A stretch of 64,000 nt of DNA from Spirochaetia bacterium. GTDB lineage: Bacteria; Spirochaetota; Spirochaetia; CADAEX01. How positions within the stretch are numbered: the stretch's first letter is position 1; every line of letters starts with the position of its first letter. The stretch covers positions 64,001-128,000 of the forward strand of contig JAZURI010000011.1 of NCBI GenBank assembly GCA_045606105.1, written 5' to 3'. Below the pieces are notes generated by a model, which was given only the letters and a program-made list of their open reading frames with translations, was not told where the DNA came from and made no database searches. Positions 20,495 through 29,701 of the stretch are shown piece after piece. The position numbers and the translations under genes were made by a program.

Positions 20495-21721
20495 ATGTCA
20501 GGAAAGAAAATGCCGCTGGCCGTCAGAATCTTCATCGGTCTTACGGTAGGTATTGCCGCAGGTATCATACTTATAAACATTGACGGCGGTATTGAAATCG
20601 CAAACAAATATATCAAACCTTGGGGAACCATATTCCTTAATCTGCTGAAGTTCGTGGTTGTTCCGATAGTACTTCTTTCTATCATCTCGGGTGTAATTTC
20701 CATGAGGGATATACGCAAGGTGGGAAGCGTAGGTATCAAGACCCTGATCTACTATATAGTCACAACAGCATTTGCCATTGCACTGGCCCTTTTACTTTCC
20801 ACCCTGGCAAAGAGTATGCATATTTTTACTCCTATCAATACTTCGGATCTCGCCTATAAAGCTCCTGCAAATCAGGATTTTATCACCACTATCATTAACC
20901 TTTTTCCGTCTAACATAGTAGCACCGCTTCTTAACGCCAACATGCTTCAGGTAATCATGGTTGCCCTTTTCATAGGATTCGGGATCCTGTCTGTGGGAGA
21001 AAAAGGAAAACCGGCTGCTGCTGTCATCGAAAGCTTCAACGAGGTTTTTGTCAATATTATCGATACCATCCTGAATATAAGCCCTTTCGCGGTCGCATGT
21101 CTCATCTGCCCGGTGGTAGCTGCAAACGGAGCCGACATTCTAGGGAACCTTGCGATTGTCATACTGGTCACATACATCGGATACATAACTCATGCCGCAG
21201 TGGTATACTCGATAACAGTAAAGACACTGGGAAATATTTCTCCGCTGAAATTCTTCAAGGAAATGATTCCTGCCATAATCTTTGCATTCTCCTCATCATC
21301 TTCCGTAAGTACACTTCCTATCAACAGGGAATGTACCGAAAAGCTGGGTGCTGACAAGAATATCACATCTTTCGTTCTTCCTCTGGGAGCAACCATAAAC
21401 ATGGATGGAACTGCAATCTACCAGGGAGTATGTGCCGTATTTATCGCATGCTGCTTCGGAATCGACCTGACCTTGTGGCAGATGATTACCATTATCATCA
21501 CCACTACCCTGGCTTCTGTGGGAACTGCAGGTGTACCGGGAGCCGGAGTGATAATGCTGACCATGGTTCTTCAGAGTGTTAACATACCGCTGGAGGGAAT
21601 TGCCATTGTAGCCGGAGTAGACCGTATCTTTGACATGGGACGTACCGTAATCAACATTACAGGGGATGCCGCATGTACCATAGTAGTTTCGGGACTGGAG
21701 AAAAAATCAGAAAAAATTTGA
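20495..21721 (+). CDS. Dicarboxylate/amino acid:cation symporter (DAACS)
   Basis: FSSSSS, PLGATINMDGTA, AGVPG, DRIFDMGRT motifs. Confidence 0.92.
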   Translation: MSGKKMPLAVRIFIGLTVGIAAGIILINIDGGIEIANKYIKPWGTIFLNLLKFVVVPIVLLSIISGVISMRDIRKVGSVGIKTLIYYIVTTAFAIALALLLSTLAKSMHIFTPINTSDLAYKAPANQDFITTIINLFPSNIVAPLLNANMLQVIMVALFIGFGILSVGEKGKPAAAVIESFNEVFVNIIDTILNISPFAVACLICPVVAANGADILGNLAIVILVTYIGYITHAAVVYSITVKTLGNISPLKFFKEMIPAIIFAFSSSSSVSTLPINRECTEKLGADKNITSFVLPLGATINMDGTAIYQGVCAVFIACCFGIDLTLWQMITIIITTTLASVGTAGVPGAGVIMLTMVLQSVNIPLEGIAIVAGVDRIFDMGRTVINITGDAACTIVVSGLEKKSEKI

Positions 21722-21728
21722 TGCTGAA

Positions 21729-22913
21729 TCAGCCTTTGGTCTGCTTCCTTCCGTGGAAAAACCAGTAAACCGGCAGAGCAATAAAGGAAAGAAAAGCCCC
21801 TGCAAAATAGAGGGCATGAAAGCCTGAAGCCTCTGCCACAAATCCCAGAAGAGCAGGCGCCACCCCTACTCCCAGATCGGAAAAGGCCCAGTATGTGGTA
21901 ACGGCAAAAGGACGGCGTTCATTATCCACCTGCCGGTTAACAATGACATTCAGAGTGGAATTAAGGGTTCCGTATCCCAGAGCGCCGCATACGGCACAGA
22001 TTACAATGGTTGCCATACAGGGTTTCCAGGCCAGAAGTGCTATACCTACAGCCTGTGCCGTGATACAGGGATAACAGATTATATTATCACCGTAAATATC
22101 CTGAAGCTTTCCTGCAAACGGACGGGAAAATACAAGTACTCCGGCATATATCAGGAAAAAGTATGAAAACTCCTCTGCCATATCCAGATATACGGCATAA
22201 AGACGATAGAATGACATGAGGGCCGCATAACCGAAGCAGAGAAAGAAGATACAGAGAGAAACAGGAACTGCCTTCGGCTCCAGCAGGGAAAGGATTGAAA
22301 AAGGCTTTTTTTCTGCAGGAGAAGGATTATTACGAGTCTCATACCATGGATCGATACTGCGGGTTTCGGCCCCTGAAATGAAAATTACAATCAGCAGCGA
22401 AAGAACAGAAGCTGTAATGAAGCAGCCGTTGCCTCCGAAGAAATCATATATAAGACCGCCGAAGAAAGGGCCCAGGGCAATACCGAGAGCAGTAGAAAGC
22501 ATGAAATAGCCGGCTGCCTCACCGAAACGGCTTTTGGGAAGAGAGGCCATCCCAATCAGCATTATGGCATTGGCGGTAGCACCGAATCCGATTCCGTGTA
22601 TGAATCTGATAATCATGAGCCAGAGCGCATTTCCGGCCAGCATATAGCAGCTGCCGGCGATGAAGTGAAGGACACCGAAAACCAGGGCCACATGCTTCCA
22701 GCCGTATTTTTTCATGACCGAACCGGAAAACATACGGGAGACAAGCCCTCCCACTACATAAATCCCGGAAATGAAACCGGCAAGAGAAGCAGCAACTCCC
22801 ATTCCGGCAGCATATTCGGTAACGGTGGACATCATTGTATACAAAACCAGGGCCAGACAGAGCTGTGCCATGAAAGTACAGATAAAATTCCGGGTTACAA
22901 TTCTTTCCTTCAT
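21729..22913 (-). CDS. MFS transporter
   Basis: About 12 TM segments, RFIHGIGFG and GPFFGG MFS signatures. Confidence 0.88.
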   Translation of the reverse strand: MKERIVTRNFICTFMAQLCLALVLYTMMSTVTEYAAGMGVAASLAGFISGIYVVGGLVSRMFSGSVMKKYGWKHVALVFGVLHFIAGSCYMLAGNALWLMIIRFIHGIGFGATANAIMLIGMASLPKSRFGEAAGYFMLSTALGIALGPFFGGLIYDFFGGNGCFITASVLSLLIVIFISGAETRSIDPWYETRNNPSPAEKKPFSILSLLEPKAVPVSLCIFFLCFGYAALMSFYRLYAVYLDMAEEFSYFFLIYAGVLVFSRPFAGKLQDIYGDNIICYPCITAQAVGIALLAWKPCMATIVICAVCGALGYGTLNSTLNVIVNRQVDNERRPFAVTTYWAFSDLGVGVAPALLGFVAEASGFHALYFAGAFLSFIALPVYWFFHGRKQTKG

Positions 22914-22980
22914 AATGGGGCATTATAGCAGAAAACAGTTTTTTTGTTTAATAAGATATGAAAGGAAAAAGATGTCAGAA

Positions 22981-23053
22981 AAGGGAAATTAGGGGAAATT
23001 AGTGGAAAATTTCCCCTAATTCAGTTGTCAGTACACGAATTAGATGATATATT
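22981..23053 (+). promoter_or_regulatory. Inverted/direct-repeat operator candidate plus sigma70-type promoter of fic
   Basis: Perfect 14-bp IR AATTAGGGGAAATT (22987-23000) / AATTTCCCCTAATT (23008-23021); TTGTCA-17-TATATT lies 6 nt before the ATG. Confidence 0.6.
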
Positions 23054-23059
23054 TAAAAC

Positions 23060-24361
23060 ATGATTGAAAAAACACCCAAAAACAAAGATGTTACTTTTCA
23101 AAAAATATCTGAAATTCTGCTGAATCCCGAATATCGGGCAAATCTTGAGGAAATAGAAAAAGAATATCTTTATTGGGACAAGGCAAAGTTTTATAAGCCG
23201 CAGAAAATAAATGACCATGATTACTGGGCAGCAATAAAATTTTCAAGAATAGGTGAATCTGTTTCATTTCATAATAAAGTTTTCAAATTCAGAATAACTA
23301 AATATATGCAGAAATATCTCCATGATTTTGATATGTATTCCGGAGGCACACTCCCGTCAGCTGATATAATCTCACAGAAAAAAAGGCAATATTATCTGCT
23401 TAGTTCTCTGATGGAAGAAGCTATTGCATCCAGCCAGATGGAGGGGGCAAATACCACAAGAAAAATCGCAAAAGATATGCTCAGAAAAAAATCAAAGCCA
23501 TGCAACAAAGATCAACAGATGATTGTAAACAATTATAACACAATAAGATTTTTGTCTGAAAACAAAGATAGGAGCCTTTCCCCAGAGTTCCTGTCTGAAA
23601 TACACAAAAAAATTTCAGAGCACACACTTGAAAATCCTTTGGATGAAGGAAATTTCAGAACTGATGACAATATAGTTGTCATGGATGCCCTTCAGGGAGA
23701 AATTGCACATACCCCGCCAATACATACAGAAATAAAACAATACATTACGGATTTATGTAATTTTGCCAATAATGATGATCAGTACATACATCCGGTGGTT
23801 AAAGCAATCATCATTCATTTTATGATTTCATATCTGCACCCGTTTACTGACGGAAACGGAAGGACAGCCCGTTCATTATTCTATTGGTATATGCTGAAAA
23901 AAGGATATTGGTTTACAGAATTTCTTTCCATCTCAAGGATTATTTACAAAAGTAAAAGGCAATATGAACGCTCTTTCTTATATGTAGAAAACGATGATAT
24001 GGATTTAGGATATTTCATCAATTATAATATAAAAATAATCGATAAATCACTTAATGATCTGAAAGAATACCTGAACAGAAAAACTCTGGAAGAAGAATCT
24101 CTTCTTAAGTTTAAAATCATTGATGATATAAACGAGAGACAGGCCGGAATCTTAAAAATTGCCTCTGAGAGACCATCTACAATTTTTATTGCAAAAGAGC
24201 TGGAAACCATATTTTCTGTTTCGGTAAAAACAATCAGAAACGACCTGAAAAAATTAACCGAAGCGGGTTTTCTGGATATTGTACCGTTAAATCTTCGTTT
24301 ACAAGGATATGTAAGAAGTAAACATTTTGAAGAAAAAATAAAGTTCCTAAAAGAAAACTGA
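23060..24361 (+). CDS. Fic-family protein (class II) with C-terminal winged HTH
   Basis: HPFTDGNGRTAR active site; SSQMEG inhibitory (S/T)xxxE(G/N) motif; C-terminal KTIRNDLKKL HTH; visibly AT-rich. Confidence 0.9.
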   Translation: MIEKTPKNKDVTFQKISEILLNPEYRANLEEIEKEYLYWDKAKFYKPQKINDHDYWAAIKFSRIGESVSFHNKVFKFRITKYMQKYLHDFDMYSGGTLPSADIISQKKRQYYLLSSLMEEAIASSQMEGANTTRKIAKDMLRKKSKPCNKDQQMIVNNYNTIRFLSENKDRSLSPEFLSEIHKKISEHTLENPLDEGNFRTDDNIVVMDALQGEIAHTPPIHTEIKQYITDLCNFANNDDQYIHPVVKAIIIHFMISYLHPFTDGNGRTARSLFYWYMLKKGYWFTEFLSISRIIYKSKRQYERSFLYVENDDMDLGYFINYNIKIIDKSLNDLKEYLNRKTLEEESLLKFKIIDDINERQAGILKIASERPSTIFIAKELETIFSVSVKTIRNDLKKLTEAGFLDIVPLNLRLQGYVRSKHFEEKIKFLKEN

Positions 24362-24364
24362 ATT

Positions 24365-24396
24365 AAAAAAGGCTGCCTTTTCAGACAGCCTTTATT
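24365..24396. terminator. Bidirectional intrinsic terminator between fic and gpmI
   Basis: AAAAAAGGCTGCCT-TTTC-AGACAGCCTTTATT. Confidence 0.75.
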
Positions 24397-26055
24397 TTAT
24401 TTCATGTTGATGATTGACTTGTCGTATTCCTCAGGCGGGAAATAACCCATGAGGCTGAGCAGGGTTGCAGGCCATGAGCTGATTCCAAGGCCTTCGTTCA
24501 GGTTCTCGGTATCATATTCACCCTGATATTCAGGGTCGTAGATAATGGCCGGCACCAGGTTCAGGGAATGGGAGGTCTTGGTTCTCGGTTCCCCGTTCTC
24601 GTCAGTCTTGATTCTTCCGTCCTTGGCGTGGACAAACATGTCGTCGGAGTTTCCGTGATCTGCTGTAAGGCACAGGATTCCCCCTGCCTCCTCAATGGCA
24701 GCCTTCAGACGACCCAGCTGCAGGTCAAGAGCCTCCATGGAGCAGACTACGGCATTGAATACTCCGGTATGTCCCACCATATCTCCGTTGGGATAATTGA
24801 GGCGGATATGCTCATATTTTCCTGATTTAATTGCTTCTATTACCTTGTCGGTGATTTCGGCACACTTCATCCACGGTCTCTGCTCGAACGGAACCACATC
24901 GGACGGTACCTCTACATAATCCTCCAGCTCCTCGCTGAATTTGCCTTGTCTGTTTCCGTTGAAGAAATAGGTAACATGGCCGAATTTCTGGGTTTCGCTG
25001 ATTGCCATAAGGTGAACTCCGCTGTTTGTCAGATATTCTCCCATGGTACGGTCTATGCATGGCGGGCTTACCAGGAACTGTGCAGGAATATGGGCATCTC
25101 CGTCATATTCCATCATTCCGGCATACTCAACCGCAGGTACTCTCTTTCTGTCGAAGTACGGGAAATCTCCCTCTGCCGGGGTCTCAAAGGCGGCTGTCAT
25201 TTCCAGTGCACGGTCTCCCCTGAAATTGAAAAGAACAACGCTGTCGCCGTCATTTATGGTTCCTACCGGCTTTCCGTTTTCGGTAATGACAAATTCATGC
25301 ATATCCTGATCCAGAAGCTCAGGATTTTCCTTCCGATAGGTCTCAATGGCCTCTGCTGCGCTGCTGAAAGCTCTTCCCTCCCCCAGCACATGGGTATACC
25401 ATCCCCGCTGAACCATGCTCCAGTCTGCATTGTAGCGGTCCATGGTCAGGTACATACGTCCTCCGCCGCTGGCAATCCGGTAATCACGGTATACAAATGA
25501 AGCAAGATACTCCTCAAGAGGTCTGATATAATCAAGGGCACTGACAGGATCCACATCACGACCGTCAAGAACGGCATGGACACGGAGCTTTTCGATACCT
25601 TCCTTGTCTGCCTGTGCAATCATGGCCTTCAGATGATCTATATGTGAATGAACGTTTCCGTCTGAAACAAGTCCGATAAAATGAAGTACGGAGTCCTTTC
25701 TGATAACATTGAGGGTAAGCTTCTGCCAGGTCTTGTCCCTGAACATGCTGCCCGAAGTGATGGAATCGCTTACCAGCTTGGCACCCTGGGCGAAAACCCG
25801 TCCGCAGCCCATGGCATTGTGTCCTACCTCGCTGTTTCCCATATCGCTGTCCCCCGGAAGCCCGACTGCTGTTCCGTGAGCCTTCAGCTTGGTGAAAGGG
25901 CTGTTTGCCATAAACCAGTTCAGATACTTCATACGGGCTGCCTGAACCGCATCACCTTCAACATATTTTCCGCATCCCACACCATCCATTACAACCAGGA
26001 CTACAGGACCGCGGCGTCCCTTCCATGCAGGATTTTTACTTAATACTTCTTTCAT
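24397..26055 (-). CDS. gpmI: 2,3-BPG-independent phosphoglycerate mutase
   Basis: MGNSEVGH, SDGNVHSH, FNFRGDR, ETQKFGHVTYFFNG, DMVGHTG, TADHGN motifs. Confidence 0.96.
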   Translation of the reverse strand: MKEVLSKNPAWKGRRGPVVLVVMDGVGCGKYVEGDAVQAARMKYLNWFMANSPFTKLKAHGTAVGLPGDSDMGNSEVGHNAMGCGRVFAQGAKLVSDSITSGSMFRDKTWQKLTLNVIRKDSVLHFIGLVSDGNVHSHIDHLKAMIAQADKEGIEKLRVHAVLDGRDVDPVSALDYIRPLEEYLASFVYRDYRIASGGGRMYLTMDRYNADWSMVQRGWYTHVLGEGRAFSSAAEAIETYRKENPELLDQDMHEFVITENGKPVGTINDGDSVVLFNFRGDRALEMTAAFETPAEGDFPYFDRKRVPAVEYAGMMEYDGDAHIPAQFLVSPPCIDRTMGEYLTNSGVHLMAISETQKFGHVTYFFNGNRQGKFSEELEDYVEVPSDVVPFEQRPWMKCAEITDKVIEAIKSGKYEHIRLNYPNGDMVGHTGVFNAVVCSMEALDLQLGRLKAAIEEAGGILCLTADHGNSDDMFVHAKDGRIKTDENGEPRTKTSHSLNLVPAIIYDPEYQGEYDTENLNEGLGISSWPATLLSLMGYFPPEEYDKSIINMK

Positions 26056-26153
26056 ACTTAAAATATATACGATTTTCCGCGGTTTTACAATGATTGATTT
26101 ACCTTACTTTTATCTTGACTTTTATATATTAAAAAATATAATGACTATTCCTT

Positions 26154-27497
26154 ATGAAAGCAGTTTCGGATTTTACCCAAGGCAGAATTCTTTTTCCTCT
26201 GATAAAATTTACCCTTCCTTTGATGCTGGCTATCTTTCTCCAGACCATGTACGGGGCAATCGACCTGCTGGTGGTGGGTCAGTTCGGAACTGCGGCTGAT
26301 GTGTCGGCCATCTCCACAGGCTCCTATATAATGATGGCGATAACCTTTATCATTGCAGATACGGCAATGGGGCTGACCATTCTCCTGGGACGGAAGATCG
26401 GGGCAAGGGAAACCGAAGAGGCAGGTAATGTTATCGGCTCGGGAATTCTCCTTTTTACAGTAATTTCACTGATAATCACAGTCGTGATGCTTCTTTCCGC
26501 ACCTCTTCTTTCAAGAGCCATGATGATACCGGACGAAGCCTTTGCTTCATGCAACAACTATACCAGGATCTGCTCCTCAGGGGCTCTCTTCATAGTAGGC
26601 TATAACCTGATAGGGGCAATTTTCCGAGGTCTGGGAAATTCCAGGCTTCCGCTGATAGTAGTTGCCATTGCCTGCTTTTTCAATATAGTCGGGGATCTGA
26701 TTTTTGTGGCAGTTTTTGGCATGGGAGCTGAAGGAGCTGCCCTGGCTACGGTAATTTCCCAGGGTCTCAGCGTGATTATCTCTTTTTTCATTGTAAAAAA
26801 GATGAAAAAGCCTTTTTCCTTCGGCATCCATTCACTCAGGTGGAACAGGCTTTATAACAATACTGTTCTCAGACTCGGTTTTCCTCTGGCAATCCAGGAA
26901 ATAATGGTAAATGTTTCATATCTGGTAATTGCCGCAATAGTAAACACCTTCGGAGTGATTCCTTCTGCCGGGGTAGGAATTGCCGACAAGCTGGTAGGCT
27001 TCATATTCATTGTTCCGGTAAGCTTTATGCAGGCCATGGCTGCCTTTGTTGCACAGAATCATGGGGCAAGGAAGCCTGAAAGGGCTGAAAAGGCACTGGT
27101 TTACGGTATAGAATGCTCGATTTTACTGGGATTGATGATCGGATACATGACATTTTTCCACGGAGACCATTTCCTGCGCCTCTTCTCTCCGGACCATCAG
27201 ATTATAGCGGTGGGATTTGAATATCTGAGAGCATTCTCCCTTGAATGCCTTATCATAGCGGTTCTTTTCTCGTTCCTGGGATATTTCAACGGAATGGGAA
27301 AAACAAACTTTGTCATGTGGCAGGGAATATCAGGAGCGACTCTGGCAAGAATACCTCTGGCATTCCTTATAAACGCACTGATGCCGGGTAACATTTTCAT
27401 GCTGACCCTGGCTATACCGTTTTCATCCTTTCTGCAGATTATCCTGTGCATCTTCTACATGAAGAGATTAAAGCGGAAGCAAGCTCAACAATCTTAG
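26154..27497 (+). CDS. MATE-family efflux transporter
   Basis: D....GQF, RGLGNS..P, FGMG..GAALAT, two-fold internal repeat. Confidence 0.9.
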   Translation: MKAVSDFTQGRILFPLIKFTLPLMLAIFLQTMYGAIDLLVVGQFGTAADVSAISTGSYIMMAITFIIADTAMGLTILLGRKIGARETEEAGNVIGSGILLFTVISLIITVVMLLSAPLLSRAMMIPDEAFASCNNYTRICSSGALFIVGYNLIGAIFRGLGNSRLPLIVVAIACFFNIVGDLIFVAVFGMGAEGAALATVISQGLSVIISFFIVKKMKKPFSFGIHSLRWNRLYNNTVLRLGFPLAIQEIMVNVSYLVIAAIVNTFGVIPSAGVGIADKLVGFIFIVPVSFMQAMAAFVAQNHGARKPERAEKALVYGIECSILLGLMIGYMTFFHGDHFLRLFSPDHQIIAVGFEYLRAFSLECLIIAVLFSFLGYFNGMGKTNFVMWQGISGATLARIPLAFLINALMPGNIFMLTLAIPFSSFLQIILCIFYMKRLKRKQAQQS

Positions 27498-28320
27498 AGG
27501 GTGAAAGGATTTCTCCCCTGTCTCCCGGCTTCACCCCTACCGATTCGCAGGCAGCCTGAACATTTTCCGCACCGAAATGACGGAGATTGTTGAGAATAGT
27601 CTTTCTTCTTGAAGAAAAGATATCACGGATTATTCCCAGAACCTCTTTCCTGTTTTCCATGGTAAAGAAATCATCCCTGGGGCTGAAGGTCACTATTCCG
27701 GAAACCACTTCAGGTACGGGATAGAAGCATCCCCCCTTGATATCCCCTTTATAAGCCACATCGCAGGAGAGCTGGCACAGAACCGAAAATGAGGAATAAT
27801 CACTGCATCCCGGCTTTGCCGCAATACGCTGTCCCGCCTCCTTCTGGACGGTAAAAACCATCTCCGGAGCCAGACAATCCCCTTCAATCAGGGAGCTGAT
27901 CATTGCAGAAGCGCTGTTATAGGGAAGATTACCGAAAATGACATCCGGCTTTCCGTATTTTTCAAAAATACCTTTCCATGTCTTCACCATATCCCCTTCC
28001 GCAATCTCGAAACCGGGATTGGCACCGAACTGCTCTCCGAGAAATGAAATATAGCCCCTGTCGATCTCAAAAACCACAAGACGACCTGTATCCCCCACCC
28101 TTTTCAGGGCCATGGAGGTCATGGAGCCCAGACCGCCGCCGATTTCCCAGACATAGCTTCCCTCTTTTATGTTGACGAAGCTGAGAACCTTTTCACGGGC
28201 TGAAGGAGAAATCATGAAGTTCTGACCGAATTTCTTGGTGGGGCTGAGTCCCCTTTCCTTAAGGAGGGCACATATTTCACTTTTTGAATCGTAGTTCAAC
28301 GGTATCTGCATGGAAAACAT
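27439..28320 (-). CDS. rsmA: 16S rRNA m6,2A methyltransferase
   Basis: KKFGQNF, EIGGGLG, GNLPYN, FYPVPEV, RRKT motifs. Confidence 0.93.
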   Translation of the reverse strand: MFSMQIPLNYDSKSEICALLKERGLSPTKKFGQNFMISPSAREKVLSFVNIKEGSYVWEIGGGLGSMTSMALKRVGDTGRLVVFEIDRGYISFLGEQFGANPGFEIAEGDMVKTWKGIFEKYGKPDVIFGNLPYNSASAMISSLIEGDCLAPEMVFTVQKEAGQRIAAKPGCSDYSSFSVLCQLSCDVAYKGDIKGGCFYPVPEVVSGIVTFSPRDDFFTMENRKEVLGIIRDIFSSRRKTILNNLRHFGAENVQAACESVGVKPGDRGEILSPSKIVELASALISSCRRCTG

Positions 28321-29642
28321 ATCAATACAATAACAATTAACTGAAAAAATAGTAATACCCCGAAGGAAATATTTCCGTTTAAAGGTAGCCCCGGAACCAT
28401 GGCTGCCGTATCGGTGATAAGGTAGATTCCTCGGGTAAGAAGGGCAAAAAGCTGCTGCTCAAAGGGAAAAAGGGGGAGAAATACACAGGCAAGCCCGGCG
28501 CACATGTAAACAGTCACCAGCGGAGAAACGACCATGGAGGCGATAATCCCGGCGGGATAGATAATACCGAAATTCCACAGCACCACGGCCGATGTCATTA
28601 TCACGGCACCCAGGGAACAGGCTATGGCAGAGCCCACATACCGGGCCAGGGGCTTGGTCAGGATCAGTATGCCGGCAAGCGCCAGAAACGAAAGCTGAAA
28701 GGAAATGGAAAAGAAGTATGAAGGAAAAATCATCAGTGAAACAGAGTATGCAAAAAAAAGTACCTGAAGCAGATCGGTCTTACGGCCGGTCATCTTTCCC
28801 AGAGAAACAATGAAAAACATCAGCACGGCCCGGAAAAGGGAGGGAGAGATGCCGGCAAGCAGTAGATAGAGTACATTTATCACATTTACAGCAATCAGCG
28901 ACGGGATGGGACCGGCCACCCTGCGGGCCAGAAAGAAGACGAAAAAAGAAATGATACCCAGATGCATGCCGGAAAGGGCCAGCACATGGGAAAGTCCTGC
29001 CATCCGGAACTTATCCCGTATCTCTACCGGCAGATGATCCCGGTTTCCCAGGAAAAGGGCCTCTGCCAGGGAGCTTTCCCGGCCGAACACCCGGTTTATC
29101 TTTTCGGTAAAACAGGCAACGCCCCTTTTACGAAGCCGGAAGAATGGGCCGGGGACTCCCGCAGAGGAAGCTTTTCCGGCGGAAAAGCTTGATCCGTCCC
29201 TGCCGGGACGGACCTTTTCAAAGCATACACTTTCGCCCCAGAAGAATTTTTCCCCACGGGCAAATACCGTTATTTCGGCAGGGTACTCCATAAAAAGGTT
29301 GCCGCAGACGATACGGGTTACCGACAGGTCGTAAAGGTAGCTTCCTCCCGATATCATCCTTCCGTCTCCCTTCAGGACACCCTCCACTGCCGTGATATTT
29401 TTAAGTCCGGGAGGAAGCCCCTTTGCTGCAGGCTCGTACCTTACGGCTGTAATCCCGGCGGAAACCAATCCCCATATAATGAAAACTGCAAGCCTCTGAC
29501 AACGGAGAACCTTTTTGTTCAGAATCCATGCAGCTCCGGAAAAAATGATGAGCCACGGAAAGAACAGCCCCCTGTCCGTAAAGAACAGGGGAACTGAACT
29601 AAAAAGAATGACTATGTAGGGTAGAAAATTTATTACGCCCAC
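28296..29642 (-). CDS. comEC: ComEC/Rec2-family competence membrane protein
   Basis: LSHVLALSGMHL, SPSLFRA, SFQLSF motifs; no MBL domain. Confidence 0.85.
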   Translation of the reverse strand: MGVINFLPYIVILFSSVPLFFTDRGLFFPWLIIFSGAAWILNKKVLRCQRLAVFIIWGLVSAGITAVRYEPAAKGLPPGLKNITAVEGVLKGDGRMISGGSYLYDLSVTRIVCGNLFMEYPAEITVFARGEKFFWGESVCFEKVRPGRDGSSFSAGKASSAGVPGPFFRLRKRGVACFTEKINRVFGRESSLAEALFLGNRDHLPVEIRDKFRMAGLSHVLALSGMHLGIISFFVFFLARRVAGPIPSLIAVNVINVLYLLLAGISPSLFRAVLMFFIVSLGKMTGRKTDLLQVLFFAYSVSLMIFPSYFFSISFQLSFLALAGILILTKPLARYVGSAIACSLGAVIMTSAVVLWNFGIIYPAGIIASMVVSPLVTVYMCAGLACVFLPLFPFEQQLFALLTRGIYLITDTAAMVPGLPLNGNISFGVLLFFQLIVIVLICFPCRYR

Positions 29643-29701
29643 GCCCTTTATAAAGGACGAAAGCGCATTTCTGCTTCAAGATAAGAAAAAAAAGTCAGAA
29701 A

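Noticed and set aside
22981-23021. Short tandem repeats considered as CRISPR or IS end
   Set aside because: Only 10-bp units with no spacers, no cas or transposase gene, and no partner IR found downstream of fic.
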